From contig JANRJK010000031.1 of the NCBI GenBank assembly GCA_033764015.1, forward strand, positions 1 through 64,000: a stretch of DNA of 64,000 bases. The letters run 5' to 3'. Below are positions 50,434 to 59,852 of this stretch, piece by piece. Every line of letters starts with the position of its first letter. The first letter of the stretch is position 1. A program made the position numbers and the translations under genes. The notes under the pieces are model-generated. The model saw only the letters and a list, made by a program, of their open reading frames with translations. It had not been told where the DNA came from and did no database searches. Source of the stretch: Candidatus Sumerlaeia bacterium. Lineage in GTDB: Bacteria; Sumerlaeota; Sumerlaeia; SLMS01; JANRJK01.

Positions 50434-51420
50434 ATGCCCCCTGTCCCCTCACCGCGACGCACGCTCCACGCGGAGCAGCTCCCGATGCCGGCGCCCGATC
50501 CCGGCGCGGTGCACCCGCTCAGCGAGACCCCCGAGTCGCTCGCCGCGAAGGGCCGGCGCCTGCCGGACTGGATCAAGGGCAAGATGCCCTCCGGCGACGG
50601 CTACCACAGCGTCCGCGCCCTCGTGAACGACAAGCGCCTCCACACGGTCTGCGAGGAGGCCCGCTGCCCCAACCTCGGCGAATGCTGGAGCCGCGGCACC
50701 GCCACCTTCATGATCCTGGGCGACGTCTGCACCCGCGCGTGCACCTTCTGCGCCGTCAAATCCGGACGCCCCACGGAACTCGACCTCGACGAGCCCCGCC
50801 GCGTCGCCGAGTCCATCGCCGCCATGGGCGTCAAGCACGCCGTCATCACCTCCGTGAACCGCGACGAGCTGGTCGACGGCGGCGCCTCGATCTTCGCCGA
50901 AACGATCCGCATGATCCGCGCGAAGTCCCCCGGCACGCGCATCGAACTGCTCATCCCCGACATCCTCGGCCGCCGCGAGTCGCTCGACACGATCTTCGAC
51001 GGCAAGCCGGAGATCCTGAACCACAACATCGAAACGGTGCCGCGCCTCTATTCGCGCGTGCGCCCGCAAGCCGCCTACGGGCGCTCGCTGCAAGTGCTCC
51101 AGTGGGCCAAGGAAGCGGGCCTCGTGACCAAGAGCGGCCTCATGCTCGGCCTCGGCGAACGCCTCGACGAGGTCGAGGACACCATGCGCGACCTCCGCGC
51201 GATCGACTGCGACATCCTCACGCTGGGCCAATACCTGCGCCCCACGCCGAACCACCACCCCGTGGTGCGCTTCGTCCACCCGGAGGAGTTCGCCAACCTG
51301 AAGCGCGTCGGCATGGAGATGGGCTTCAAACACGTCGAATCGGGCCCGCTCGTGCGCTCCAGCTACCACGCGGAGGAGCAAAGCGAATTCGCCGTGGTGA
51401 CCGCGGGCGCGCGGGGGTAG
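50434..51420 (+). CDS. lipA: Lipoyl synthase
   Basis: CEEARCPNLGEC, CTRACTFC, NHNIETV, VRSSYHA; start approximate. Confidence 0.96.
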   Translation: MPPVPSPRRTLHAEQLPMPAPDPGAVHPLSETPESLAAKGRRLPDWIKGKMPSGDGYHSVRALVNDKRLHTVCEEARCPNLGECWSRGTATFMILGDVCTRACTFCAVKSGRPTELDLDEPRRVAESIAAMGVKHAVITSVNRDELVDGGASIFAETIRMIRAKSPGTRIELLIPDILGRRESLDTIFDGKPEILNHNIETVPRLYSRVRPQAAYGRSLQVLQWAKEAGLVTKSGLMLGLGERLDEVEDTMRDLRAIDCDILTLGQYLRPTPNHHPVVRFVHPEEFANLKRVGMEMGFKHVESGPLVRSSYHAEEQSEFAVVTAGARG

Positions 51421-51602
51421 GGGGGCGTGGATGCTTCCCTTGGCGTTTCGAAGGATGGCTAAGCGATGATTACTGATTGTCACTCCCTCTCTAGATTGGA
51501 CGGTGGCCACTTTGTAGTCCACCTAATAGATAGACGTGAGGGCCCCTCCTGCTGGGGATCATTGTCGCCGGTTGTAACTCCGCCAAGGAGGTGGTGCCGA
51601 GG

Positions 51603-52616
51603 ATGACAACCAAAAAGCGCCTAAAATGCTTTGTGGCCTGCGCATTTGGGAGTAACGAGATCGACTCTCTTTACTCCCGAGTAGTCAGACCCACACTTCG
51701 TGGGCTAGGCATAGATTCAATTCGGGTCGATCAAGTTGAGCATAATGATCACATCGACCGGAAAATCTTTCAGCTTATAGAGGAGTGCGATTTGTGTATC
51801 GCCGACCTGACTTTCGCAAGGCCTTCGGTATACTTTGAGGCAGGCTTTGCTGAGGGGAAAGGAAAGCCAGTGGTTTACACAGTTCGAAAGGATCACTTTA
51901 AGCCTAGAGAAGACGATTTGGCGGGGAACTGGAAAGTGCATTTTGATGTTGACAAGAAAAACATTGTGGCCTGGTCTTCAAGCAAAGATTCTTCCTTCGC
52001 TACAAGGCTCAAACGAAGGTTGACGCTTGTTTCCGCTCCAATCAAGCGAAGCCTGTCGGGGCAGGCTAGCTTGGATCAAGAGCGAAAAAATTTCAGGAGT
52101 CTATCTGTTGCACAGCAGCAGTCTCAGGTGATGCGATCCGTGATACGAGCACTAGCTGGAAGAAGATACCGATTTATAAGGCGGAAAATGTTTCCGATAG
52201 ATGACCCCAATTACCCCCACTGGGGTTCTTACGGAGTGGTGATCTTTGGGCGCTTTCGAGATCCCGATGCCCCGTTGGTAAGTCTAGAAGTTGACCCTCC
52301 GATCAGTGATCGATATTGGACAAAGATAGGGAATCGCCTCGCATACAAAGGAAACCTATCAGGGTGCTCCAAACTGGAGGGACGTTCGTCGATGCACCTT
52401 GTAGTGTTCACGAAGCCGCGCTCGCGAAGTCTACTTGCCCAAAAGCTTTCGCGGTGGAGGCCGATGGGGGATTCCTGCCTTCAATGTAATTTGAGTGGTG
52501 AGAGTAGGAAGGAAGGTGCCGTGCCAACGCTCGCCATGATTTCTCCTGTACTTTCCGAAAAGGAGTTCAAGATAGAGCTATCTGATGTTCTCAACAACTT
52601 GTTGCCGCGGAGGTAA
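51603..52616 (+). CDS. Nucleoside 2-deoxyribosyltransferase(NDT)/TIR-like N-terminal domain plus unknown C-terminal domain
   Basis: CFVACAF...RVDQ...IDRKIFQLIEECDLCIADLT...PSVYFEAGFA...KPV...HFDV; AAGGAGG RBS. Confidence 0.8.
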   Translation: MTTKKRLKCFVACAFGSNEIDSLYSRVVRPTLRGLGIDSIRVDQVEHNDHIDRKIFQLIEECDLCIADLTFARPSVYFEAGFAEGKGKPVVYTVRKDHFKPREDDLAGNWKVHFDVDKKNIVAWSSSKDSSFATRLKRRLTLVSAPIKRSLSGQASLDQERKNFRSLSVAQQQSQVMRSVIRALAGRRYRFIRRKMFPIDDPNYPHWGSYGVVIFGRFRDPDAPLVSLEVDPPISDRYWTKIGNRLAYKGNLSGCSKLEGRSSMHLVVFTKPRSRSLLAQKLSRWRPMGDSCLQCNLSGESRKEGAVPTLAMISPVLSEKEFKIELSDVLNNLLPRR

Positions 52617-52886
52617 TTTGTCTTGCAAGTTGGGCATACTGCCGTGCGGGCGTAAAGCCGTCGGTGATCCCGTCAATAACGCTGAACAGCAGCAGCGGCG
52701 GGAAGAGACAGGCTACGATCCCGCTAACCCCCGCCGCAGGTCTGTCGAGTGTACCTTTGCTCGTTTCGCGAAAAAGCACTTCCTGTTCAGGCGCTACACC
52801 CGGGGCCGAAAAATCCACCTAGCCTTGTTCGGTTTCGCGTGCGCCGAGGTCAAGTCACACAGGCAAGTGATGTCGCCTTGGCTATG

Positions 52887-53627
52887 CTACTTTTTGTCAA
52901 ATTTCGATACAATCTCCCGCAGCCCCCGCCTCTCAAAGAAAGCTGCCGTTGCCTTAGCTACGGCGACCCATACATCTGCGCGGCGAGCGTACTTGGATGG
53001 GTGTCCCACCACGGCGATAGGAACGGTCATGCCCGTCGCCTTCAGGACACCTTCATAGGTTTCGAAGATCGTCGCCGTGTTTGAGCCATTGGGAGTGGTT
53101 ATTGTATCGTTGTCCAATACATGGTACGACGAAAGGTGAAGCTGCTTGAAGTGCGCAAATCCCCCGCGGGTGATGAGAATGTACGAAGGGTCTATTAGCG
53201 TAATGATCTTCGACAGGACTGAGGCTGATTCAAGTGCTGCCGCAGCAGGGCTCAGGTCTAGGGTGGCCTTGTTCTGCGACCGCCGAAAGGTCACATTCAG
53301 GTAAGGAATTCTGCGGATGGCGTCGAGGTCTCGGGTCTTAAGGATCGCCGCGAAGAGGGCGAACATACCTGCGGCGATGTGGTAGCGGGGATGCTCCCGA
53401 AACTCCACGATGTCGTGCCTGCCGTCCTCGTAAAAGGTGGAGGATTCTAGCAGGTCATCCGCTCCGGAGATGCCTCCAGGATTGTCACCTAAGGCCAACA
53501 GTGGAAACCGGTGCAGGGGGCTGTACTGAATCTTGTACAATCGACGGTCCTTCAGGCCGGATGCGGATTGGAACTCCGAGTCGAATTCCTGGTAGATGGC
53601 AGTTCGGGCCTTGCTGGTGTCAGTCAT
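52887..53627 (-). CDS. Uracil-DNA glycosylase superfamily-like protein
   Basis: Motif A-like LLALGDNPG, central YLN, IDPSYIL strand, motif B-like GHPS. Confidence 0.6.
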   Translation of the reverse strand: MTDTSKARTAIYQEFDSEFQSASGLKDRRLYKIQYSPLHRFPLLALGDNPGGISGADDLLESSTFYEDGRHDIVEFREHPRYHIAAGMFALFAAILKTRDLDAIRRIPYLNVTFRRSQNKATLDLSPAAAALESASVLSKIITLIDPSYILITRGGFAHFKQLHLSSYHVLDNDTITTPNGSNTATIFETYEGVLKATGMTVPIAVVGHPSKYARRADVWVAVAKATAAFFERRGLREIVSKFDKK

Positions 53628-53900
53628 TACAGGAGCCTTTGCGCACTAGATTCTTAACCATCGCGCAGATTGAACCCTCGTGCCCTTGCTGCCGTCAAGA
53701 GGATTCGATGTTGCTGTTCCGGCTTGTCCGAGTTGCCGCTAATGCTCGCATTTTCAGCCGTCTGGCTGCGCCTTCATCTCTCCTCGTCCGCAGGTCACCG
53801 AGGTTCCGGTAGAGATTTTACAGGCGCGAGGAGCGCCGCGGCTTCGGCTAGCACGCGCCTCGGGAGTTTAGACCAACCACCAACCACGCGCCACCCCCCG

Positions 53901-54596
53901 CTAAATCCCCCCCGCCACCCGCACCGCCACCGCCGAGCCCTCCGCGAGGAACACGCTGCGCGGCGCTGTTGTGGACATGAAGGCGAAGGGCTCGCCGTAC
54001 ACTTTGCCGAAGTCGAACTCGATCCGTTGGCTCCGCACGGGGAGGACGCGCCAGCGCGGGTGGCGCACTTCGTAGCGGATCGCGCGTCCGAAGTGGTCGG
54101 TGCCGAAGCCCCATTGGTGCTCCTTGAACCACTGCGCTTCGCTGTCCGCGTCCGGGACGAAGGGGGCGTCCTCCGCTTCGACCTCGATGTGCTGGGTGCC
54201 GAAGGGGAAGCGGAGCCAGTGCGCGACGCGGACGGCGCCGCCGGCGCGTTCTAGGCGGGCGCCCATCGGCACCGCGCGGTAGGGCTCGTTGTACGTGAGC
54301 CGCGCCATCGCCGCGACGAACGCCTGCGGCACCAGCTCGCTGACGAACACCACGCCGCGGTCGCCGGCGGCGCGGACGTAGAACCGCAGGTTCACCTCGG
54401 TGAAGTCGCGGAACCCCGGCCAGGGCACGCCGAGCACGCGCGTGTCGAGGAAGTGGAAGGCGACGAGGCTGGCGAACGCCTCGCCGCCGCGCAGGTCGAG
54501 CTCGGCGCCGCGCGGCAGGTACGGCGCGAGCACCGCGGGCAGCATCGCGTAGTTGGCCAGGACCAGGTGCTCCCAGCGGGCGGTGAGGAAGTCCAT
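53901..54596 (-). CDS. DUF2071 (YqjF-like) protein
   Basis: FLTARWEHLVLANY, FTEVNLRFYV, RGVVF, YEVRHPRW. Confidence 0.88.
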   Translation of the reverse strand: MDFLTARWEHLVLANYAMLPAVLAPYLPRGAELDLRGGEAFASLVAFHFLDTRVLGVPWPGFRDFTEVNLRFYVRAAGDRGVVFVSELVPQAFVAAMARLTYNEPYRAVPMGARLERAGGAVRVAHWLRFPFGTQHIEVEAEDAPFVPDADSEAQWFKEHQWGFGTDHFGRAIRYEVRHPRWRVLPVRSQRIEFDFGKVYGEPFAFMSTTAPRSVFLAEGSAVAVRVAGGI

Positions 54597-54609
54597 CCCG
54601 GCGCCCCCC

Positions 54610-56037
54610 TTACGGCGCCGGGAGTTCCACAGCGAAGCGCGCGCCGCCGCCGGGGGCGGGCGTGTGGCGGATCGCGCCGCCCGACTCCTCCGCGAGCTTG
54701 CGGCAGAGCGCGAGGCCCAGCCCGGTGCCCTTCGCCTTCGTGGTGAAGAACGGGTCGAAGGCCTGCTCGGCGACCGCGGCGTCGAGCCCGGGGCCGTCGT
54801 CCGCGACCTCGAGGAGGCCGCCGCCGCCGGGGCGCTTCGACACCGTGACCTCGATGCATCCGGAGGCCCGCCCCTCCAGCGCCTCCTCCGCGTTGCGCAG
54901 CAGGTTCAGCAGCACCTGCCGCAGCGCCGACTCGCCGAGGCGCACCGGCACCGGCTCCGCGGGGATCGCCTCGACCAGGCGCAGGCGCTCCGGATCGACG
55001 CCCTTGCGGTAGAGCCGCAGCGTGTCGCGCGCGCCGGCGGCGAGGTCGCAGGGGGCGGAGTCGCCCTGCTCCGGGGGCTTCGCGTAGGCGAGGAACTGGT
55101 TCGTGAGCGCTTCGAGGCGCTTCGCCTCCGCCTCGAGGTCGTCGGCGACGGCGCGCACGTCCTCGGGCCGCAGCGCCCCCGAGGCCGCGGTGGCGCGGAG
55201 GTCCTCGATCTGGAGCCGGAGGATCCCGAGCGGGTTGCGCAGCTCGTGCGCGATGCCGGCGGTGAGCGTGCCGAGCGTGCGCATGCGGTCCGCCTGCGCG
55301 GCGTTGCGCTCCGCCTCCTGCGCGCGCCGTAGCAGCCGCACCAGCCACACCCAGAGCGTGGCGACCAGCACCGCGCCGAGGCCGAAGGCGACCAGCGCGC
55401 GGCCCACCTGGCGCTGCGCGGCGTCGAGGTAGCGTCGCTCCGATTCGAGGCGCAGCACGCCGACCACGCGCGCGGCGCGCCCCTCCTCCGCGACGCCGTA
55501 GAGCGGCGTGAAGACCGCCTTGCGCTCCGGGTCGTCCTTGGGCCGCGTCGAGACCGTCTCGCCCGCCGCGGCGCGGGCCACGAAGGCGGCGTCGCGCAGC
55601 CGCTCCTCCGCCGCCTCCTCCGCCGTGGGGCCGTCGCCCCGCCCCACCAGCAGCAGCTCGCCGGACGGCGCCAGCAGCCACGCGGAGGAGATGACGCCGT
55701 CGCCCTCGAGGCCGCGGAGCACCGCGCCGAGCTGCTCCCAGGCGGGCGTCGAGCGGTAGAACTCGAACTGCTCCGCGCGCGGGGAGCCGCTCTCCGCGTC
55801 CACGACCAGGTCGAGGACCCATAGCAGGTCGCGGGCGGAGATGGTGGCGGCCAGCTTCTCGCCGGTGTTGCGCATCGACTCGTCGCGGTTGCGCTCGATC
55901 TCGCGCACCGCCTGGCGGGTGACCCCCAGGGCGCCGAGGGAGAGCGCGGCGAGGAGCAGCGCCAGCGCCGCGAGCACCAGCGCGATGCGGCGCCCCAGCG
56001 CCGCCGCCCGCCGGTCCACCCGCGGCGCCGGACCCAA
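54610..56037 (-). CDS. Membrane sensor histidine kinase (no adjacent regulator)
   Basis: Two TMs, AHELRNPL, LLNLLRNA, DDGPG, FFTTKAKGTGLGL. Confidence 0.9.
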   Translation of the reverse strand: MGPAPRVDRRAAALGRRIALVLAALALLLAALSLGALGVTRQAVREIERNRDESMRNTGEKLAATISARDLLWVLDLVVDAESGSPRAEQFEFYRSTPAWEQLGAVLRGLEGDGVISSAWLLAPSGELLLVGRGDGPTAEEAAEERLRDAAFVARAAAGETVSTRPKDDPERKAVFTPLYGVAEEGRAARVVGVLRLESERRYLDAAQRQVGRALVAFGLGAVLVATLWVWLVRLLRRAQEAERNAAQADRMRTLGTLTAGIAHELRNPLGILRLQIEDLRATAASGALRPEDVRAVADDLEAEAKRLEALTNQFLAYAKPPEQGDSAPCDLAAGARDTLRLYRKGVDPERLRLVEAIPAEPVPVRLGESALRQVLLNLLRNAEEALEGRASGCIEVTVSKRPGGGGLLEVADDGPGLDAAVAEQAFDPFFTTKAKGTGLGLALCRKLAEESGGAIRHTPAPGGGARFAVELPAP

Positions 56038-56041
56038 CGCC

Positions 56042-57721
56042 CTACGCCGTCCGCAGCTTGCGGTAGCGCGCGCGCCGGTTCACGAACGGGTCGCCGCCCA
56101 CCTCGCGCCGGTGCCACTCCTCGTACCGCTCGTAGTTGCCGTCGAACCAGCGCACCTTCCCTTCCCCTTCGAACACCAGCATGTGCGTGCAGACGCGGTT
56201 CAGGAAAAAGCGGTCGTGGGAGATGATCATCGCGCAGCCGGAGTAGCCCGCCAGCGCCTCCTCGAGCATCCGCAGCGTGTTCACGTCCAGATCGTTCGTC
56301 GGCTCGTCGAGCAGCAGCACGTTGGCGCCGACCTTCAGCAGCCTCGCCAGGTTCAGGCGGTTCCGTTCGCCGCCGGAGAGGTCTTTCGCGAGCTTCTGCT
56401 GGTCCGCGCCCTTGAAGCCGAAGCGCGAGAGGTACGAGCGCACCGGCACCTTCAGCTTCCCGAGCATCACATCCGTGGCGCCCTCGCCGACCACCTCCAC
56501 CAGGTCCTTCTCGGCCTCGAGGGTCGAGCGCTCCTGGTCCACGTGCGCGAGGCTCACGGTCGAGCCGACCACCACCTCGCCCGCGTCGGGCTTCTCGGCC
56601 CCGGTGATCATCTTGAAGAGCGTCGTCTTGCCGGCGCCGTTGGGGCCCAGCACGCCGACGATGGCGCCGCGCGGGATCGTGAACGAGGCGTCCTTGATCA
56701 GCGGCTCGCCGCCGTAGCCCTTCGTCACGTTCTTGAACTCGATCACCTGGTCGCCGAGGTGCGGTCCCGGCGCGATGGCGATCACGGCGTTGTCCTCCTT
56801 CGAGGCCGCCGCCTCCTTCGCCACCAGCTTCTCGTACTCCGCCAGGCGCGCGCGCCCGGCGTCGTCGCGCTCCTTGGCGCCCATCTTGATCCAGGAAAGC
56901 TCGCGCTCCAGCATCTTCCGCCGCGGCGAGTCCTTCTTCTCCTCCGAAGCGAACTTCGCCAGCTTCTGCTCCAGCCACGAGGTGTAGTTCCCCTCGAAGG
57001 GGATGCCCTGCCCGCCCTCCAGCTCGAGGATCCACTTCGTGATGTTGTCGAGGAAGTAGCGGTCGTGGGTGACGATGATCACCGTGCCCGGGTAGTCGAC
57101 AAGCTGCTGCTCCAGCCAGTCGATGGTCTCCGCGTCGAGGTGGTTCGTCGGCTCGTCGAGGAGGAGCAGGTCGGGCTTCTCGAGGAGCGCCTTGCAGAGC
57201 GCGACGCGGCGCTTCTCGCCGCCGGAAAGCGTGCCGATCTTCTGGTCGTCGTCCGGCAGCATGAGCGCTTCCGACGCGACCGCGATGTGCGTGTCGAGGT
57301 TCCAGCCGTCGATGGCGTCCAGCTTGTCCTGCAGCTCCGCCATGCGGTCCATGGCGGCCTGCATCTCGTCGTCGCCGAGCGGCTCGCCCATTTTGGCGGT
57401 CACCTCGTCGTACTCGGCGAGGGCGGCCTTGATCTCGACGAAGGCCGACTCGACCGCGTCGCGCACCGTGGTTTCCGCGTCGAGGAGCGGCTCCTGCATC
57501 ACCATGCCGGCGCGGAAGCCGCGGGTGATCTCGGCCTTGCCCTGGAAACGGTCGTCCATGCCCGCCATGATCTTGAGGACGGTGGACTTGCCGGAGCCGT
57601 TTTCGCCGACGATGCCGATCTTGGCGCCGGGGTAGAAGCAGAGGTTGATGTTCTTGAGGACCTGCTTCTGGCCGTAGAACTTGTTCAGGCCCAGCATTGT
57701 GAAGATGAACTGTTCAGCCAT
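56042..57721 (-). CDS. ettA: Energy-dependent translational throttle EttA (ABC-F)
   Basis: MAEQFIFTM...FYPGAKIG, two ABC cassettes, GNYTSWLEQK linker, LERELSW. Confidence 0.93.
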   Translation of the reverse strand: MAEQFIFTMLGLNKFYGQKQVLKNINLCFYPGAKIGIVGENGSGKSTVLKIMAGMDDRFQGKAEITRGFRAGMVMQEPLLDAETTVRDAVESAFVEIKAALAEYDEVTAKMGEPLGDDEMQAAMDRMAELQDKLDAIDGWNLDTHIAVASEALMLPDDDQKIGTLSGGEKRRVALCKALLEKPDLLLLDEPTNHLDAETIDWLEQQLVDYPGTVIIVTHDRYFLDNITKWILELEGGQGIPFEGNYTSWLEQKLAKFASEEKKDSPRRKMLERELSWIKMGAKERDDAGRARLAEYEKLVAKEAAASKEDNAVIAIAPGPHLGDQVIEFKNVTKGYGGEPLIKDASFTIPRGAIVGVLGPNGAGKTTLFKMITGAEKPDAGEVVVGSTVSLAHVDQERSTLEAEKDLVEVVGEGATDVMLGKLKVPVRSYLSRFGFKGADQQKLAKDLSGGERNRLNLARLLKVGANVLLLDEPTNDLDVNTLRMLEEALAGYSGCAMIISHDRFFLNRVCTHMLVFEGEGKVRWFDGNYERYEEWHRREVGGDPFVNRRARYRKLRTA

Positions 57722-57861
57722 GGGGTTCGGGGGGCGCGGGGGCGCGCGGCCTCTCTCTCGGGGTGTCTGTGTGGGGGGCGCGGCGGCGCGCCGCGCGGGG
57801 CCATCATCGGGCGCGTGGCCGCGTGGGCGTCAAAGGGTTCCCGGGGGGCGCCGGAACAGAA

Positions 57862-57893
57862 CGGGCCCCCGCGCCGTGAAGCGCGGGGGCCCG
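57862..57893 (-). terminator. Intrinsic terminator
   Basis: 13-bp stem CGGGCCCCCGCGC / GCGCGGGGGCCCG followed by TTCTGTT on the minus strand. Confidence 0.7.
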
Positions 57894-57925
57894 GGAAAGG
57901 CTCTCTGGCAGGAGAGGGAAGGCGG

Positions 57926-58798
57926 TTAGTCGTGGAGCTGCCAATCCGAAACGCGCGACGGGAAACCGTTGACGATCCAGTCGTAGGCGATGGAGTAGGT
58001 GTCGGCACCGGAACCGTCGTAGGTGGCACCGTCGAAAAGCTGGATCTCGTCGATCACCATGTTAGGACGCGCGGCGGAACCGGCGAAGACGGGAGCGCCG
58101 AATGCGACCAGCGTTGGGTTGCGATTCGCGTCCGCGGGGAACGCCGAACCCCCGCCCGAGAAGGTAACATTGTTGACCAACGGCGTCGCGGTGTCGGAGG
58201 CGGGTTCGATCCAGAGGCGCAACGTGCCGTTGGCGGTGGCGGCTGCCGTCGGGGGGATCACCTGCCCGACGATCCTGAAGGTCGTGGCCGGCGTCACACC
58301 CGAGATGGTGCCGGCATTAAGCGCTCCGGCAGTTGTGCGAAAGGTATAGGCAAACACTTCGGTGGTGACGTTCTTACCAGGGGCCAGCGTGAGTACCGGG
58401 CCCGCGGCGTTGCCGAGGTAGAAGGCGAAAGCCTCCTTCAGATTCGTGCCGAAGCCGCCGCCGCCCGCGATGTTCGACCAGTTCACCGAGCAGGCGAAGG
58501 TGAATCCGTTGCTGGTGAACCCGGTCGGGAAGTACCCCATCGCGGAGTCTTCCACGCCATTGTAGGCGACGCCATTGCCGCGGTAAGCCGCCGTTGACGT
58601 ATATGCATCGGTCGCGCCGCCGCCGAAAATCTCGGACCACGGGTCGCCGCCGACGGACGAGGGCGAGCTGAGGTCGCCGACGCCCATGGTGACGAAGTTG
58701 TCAAAGTTGTCCTCGAAGACCTGCGCCGAGGAGAGGGCCGGGGCGGCGAAGAGCGCCGCGGCTGCGCCGAGGAGCGCGAGAGGATGTGCGTGCTTCAT
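57926..58798 (-). CDS. Secreted beta-sandwich (lectin/LamG-like) protein with C-terminal SRVSDWQLHD motif
   Basis: Signal peptide to SSAQ; FEDNFD start and MVIDEIQL strand of ConA-like folds. Confidence 0.65.
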   Translation of the reverse strand: MKHAHPLALLGAAAALFAAPALSSAQVFEDNFDNFVTMGVGDLSSPSSVGGDPWSEIFGGGATDAYTSTAAYRGNGVAYNGVEDSAMGYFPTGFTSNGFTFACSVNWSNIAGGGGFGTNLKEAFAFYLGNAAGPVLTLAPGKNVTTEVFAYTFRTTAGALNAGTISGVTPATTFRIVGQVIPPTAAATANGTLRLWIEPASDTATPLVNNVTFSGGGSAFPADANRNPTLVAFGAPVFAGSAARPNMVIDEIQLFDGATYDGSGADTYSIAYDWIVNGFPSRVSDWQLHD

Positions 58799-58911
58799 AG
58801 TCAGGAGGTCCTGAAACTGGGGGTGCGTTGGCCGCTAGCCAACGATGAAGTGCATGATTTCAGAACCGATTCCGCCCGACAAGGAAAAATTGTTCCTCAG
58901 GCGATTTTTCT

Positions 58912-59739
58912 TCACGGTGCTGTTCCCGGGCGTCGAGGTGCCCGTTCCTTGAGACCCCCTGTCACCGGGAGCGCTTCGTCGCTGGCGGTGAAGCGCCCAT
59001 CGCTCGAAACCCGGACGTTTGGCGGGCGCTTCCCTCCGGGGCCCTCGTCGATCCACTCGACCTTCAGGCCGTCCATGTTCTCGATGACCAGCGTGTAACC
59101 CCGCCCAGCTTGTGCGATAGCGGCATCCACCGTCTCCGATCCGCCGCTGTGCGAAATCCGCGGCGAAAACAGGGAACGCGGCACCTCGCTCCAATTGGTC
59201 GCGGAGAACGACTCCAAGCGCACCGCGGGAGCGCCGGGCGCCGGTTGGAACTCGAGGGGGCGGAGCCCCGCGTCCAGCACCACGACGCGGTAGGCTATGT
59301 GCCCCTCGGGCGGCGTGAAGAAGCTATCAAGCATGTACCGGGTCGCGGGCGCGCCGAGCTGCTCCGCCATGATCATCGGCCGCGAAAAAACCGTATAATC
59401 CGCCGTTCCGAAGCCGAAGGGCGTGGAGTCGCCCGCTCCGAAGGCGATCGTGTGCGTGCCGCTCGCGACCTTGCGGTAGGTGCTGCGCGCGCCCGGTGCG
59501 ACGGAGGGCGCCTCGTCGCGGATCGCGGGCGAAACGGGGGCGAGTTCCCCCTGGCTCGGCGTCACGTTCCAGAACCGCGCGCGGGCGTGGTCGCGCGCCT
59601 CGGGCGTGGCCGCCGGAGTCGTCGCCGCTGGGGTCGTGGCCGCCGGCGCCACAGCCGGCGCCTTGGTTGCCGAGTCCTGGGCCGCGACGGAGGAGGTCGC
59701 CATGAGCGCGAGGGCAAGGCAGCGGAAGGCTTGCTTCAT
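58912..59739 (-). CDS. Secreted protein, DUF4397-like
   Basis: Signal peptide; (PAATT)n linker; ARARFWNVTP...STYRKVASG...YTV pattern repeated twice. Confidence 0.55.
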   Translation of the reverse strand: MKQAFRCLALALMATSSVAAQDSATKAPAVAPAATTPAATTPAATPEARDHARARFWNVTPSQGELAPVSPAIRDEAPSVAPGARSTYRKVASGTHTIAFGAGDSTPFGFGTADYTVFSRPMIMAEQLGAPATRYMLDSFFTPPEGHIAYRVVVLDAGLRPLEFQPAPGAPAVRLESFSATNWSEVPRSLFSPRISHSGGSETVDAAIAQAGRGYTLVIENMDGLKVEWIDEGPGGKRPPNVRVSSDGRFTASDEALPVTGGLKERAPRRPGTAP

Positions 59740-59852
59740 TTCCGTAATCCTCTTGGGGGGGGTGAATCGGGGCGGCACGGCATGGCGCGCCGCCCCGGAT
59801 CGGGAATGCAGGATTTGCGGCGGCCGGCGCCGGACAGTCAAGTCCGCCGCCG

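Larger units (their letters stand above)
51421..53880. other. Low-GC horizontally acquired islet (two convergent genes)
   Basis: Abrupt drop in GC right after the lipA stop, A/T-rich third codon positions; no integrase or clear att repeat seen. Confidence 0.75.

Noticed and set aside
52591..52818. 75-aa minus-strand ORF between the two islet genes
   Set aside because: No RBS, in-frame TAG immediately before the GTG, no recognisable motif, overlaps the NDT-like gene end; may be a fragment.
53881..53901. Imperfect inverted similarity between islet ends (G-runs plus GCGTGG)
   Set aside because: Low-complexity and gapped; not convincing as terminal inverted repeats.
59600..59660. Short tandem repeats (PAATT units; PT linkers near 12750)
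   Set aside because: Coding low-complexity linkers, not CRISPR or non-coding repeats.
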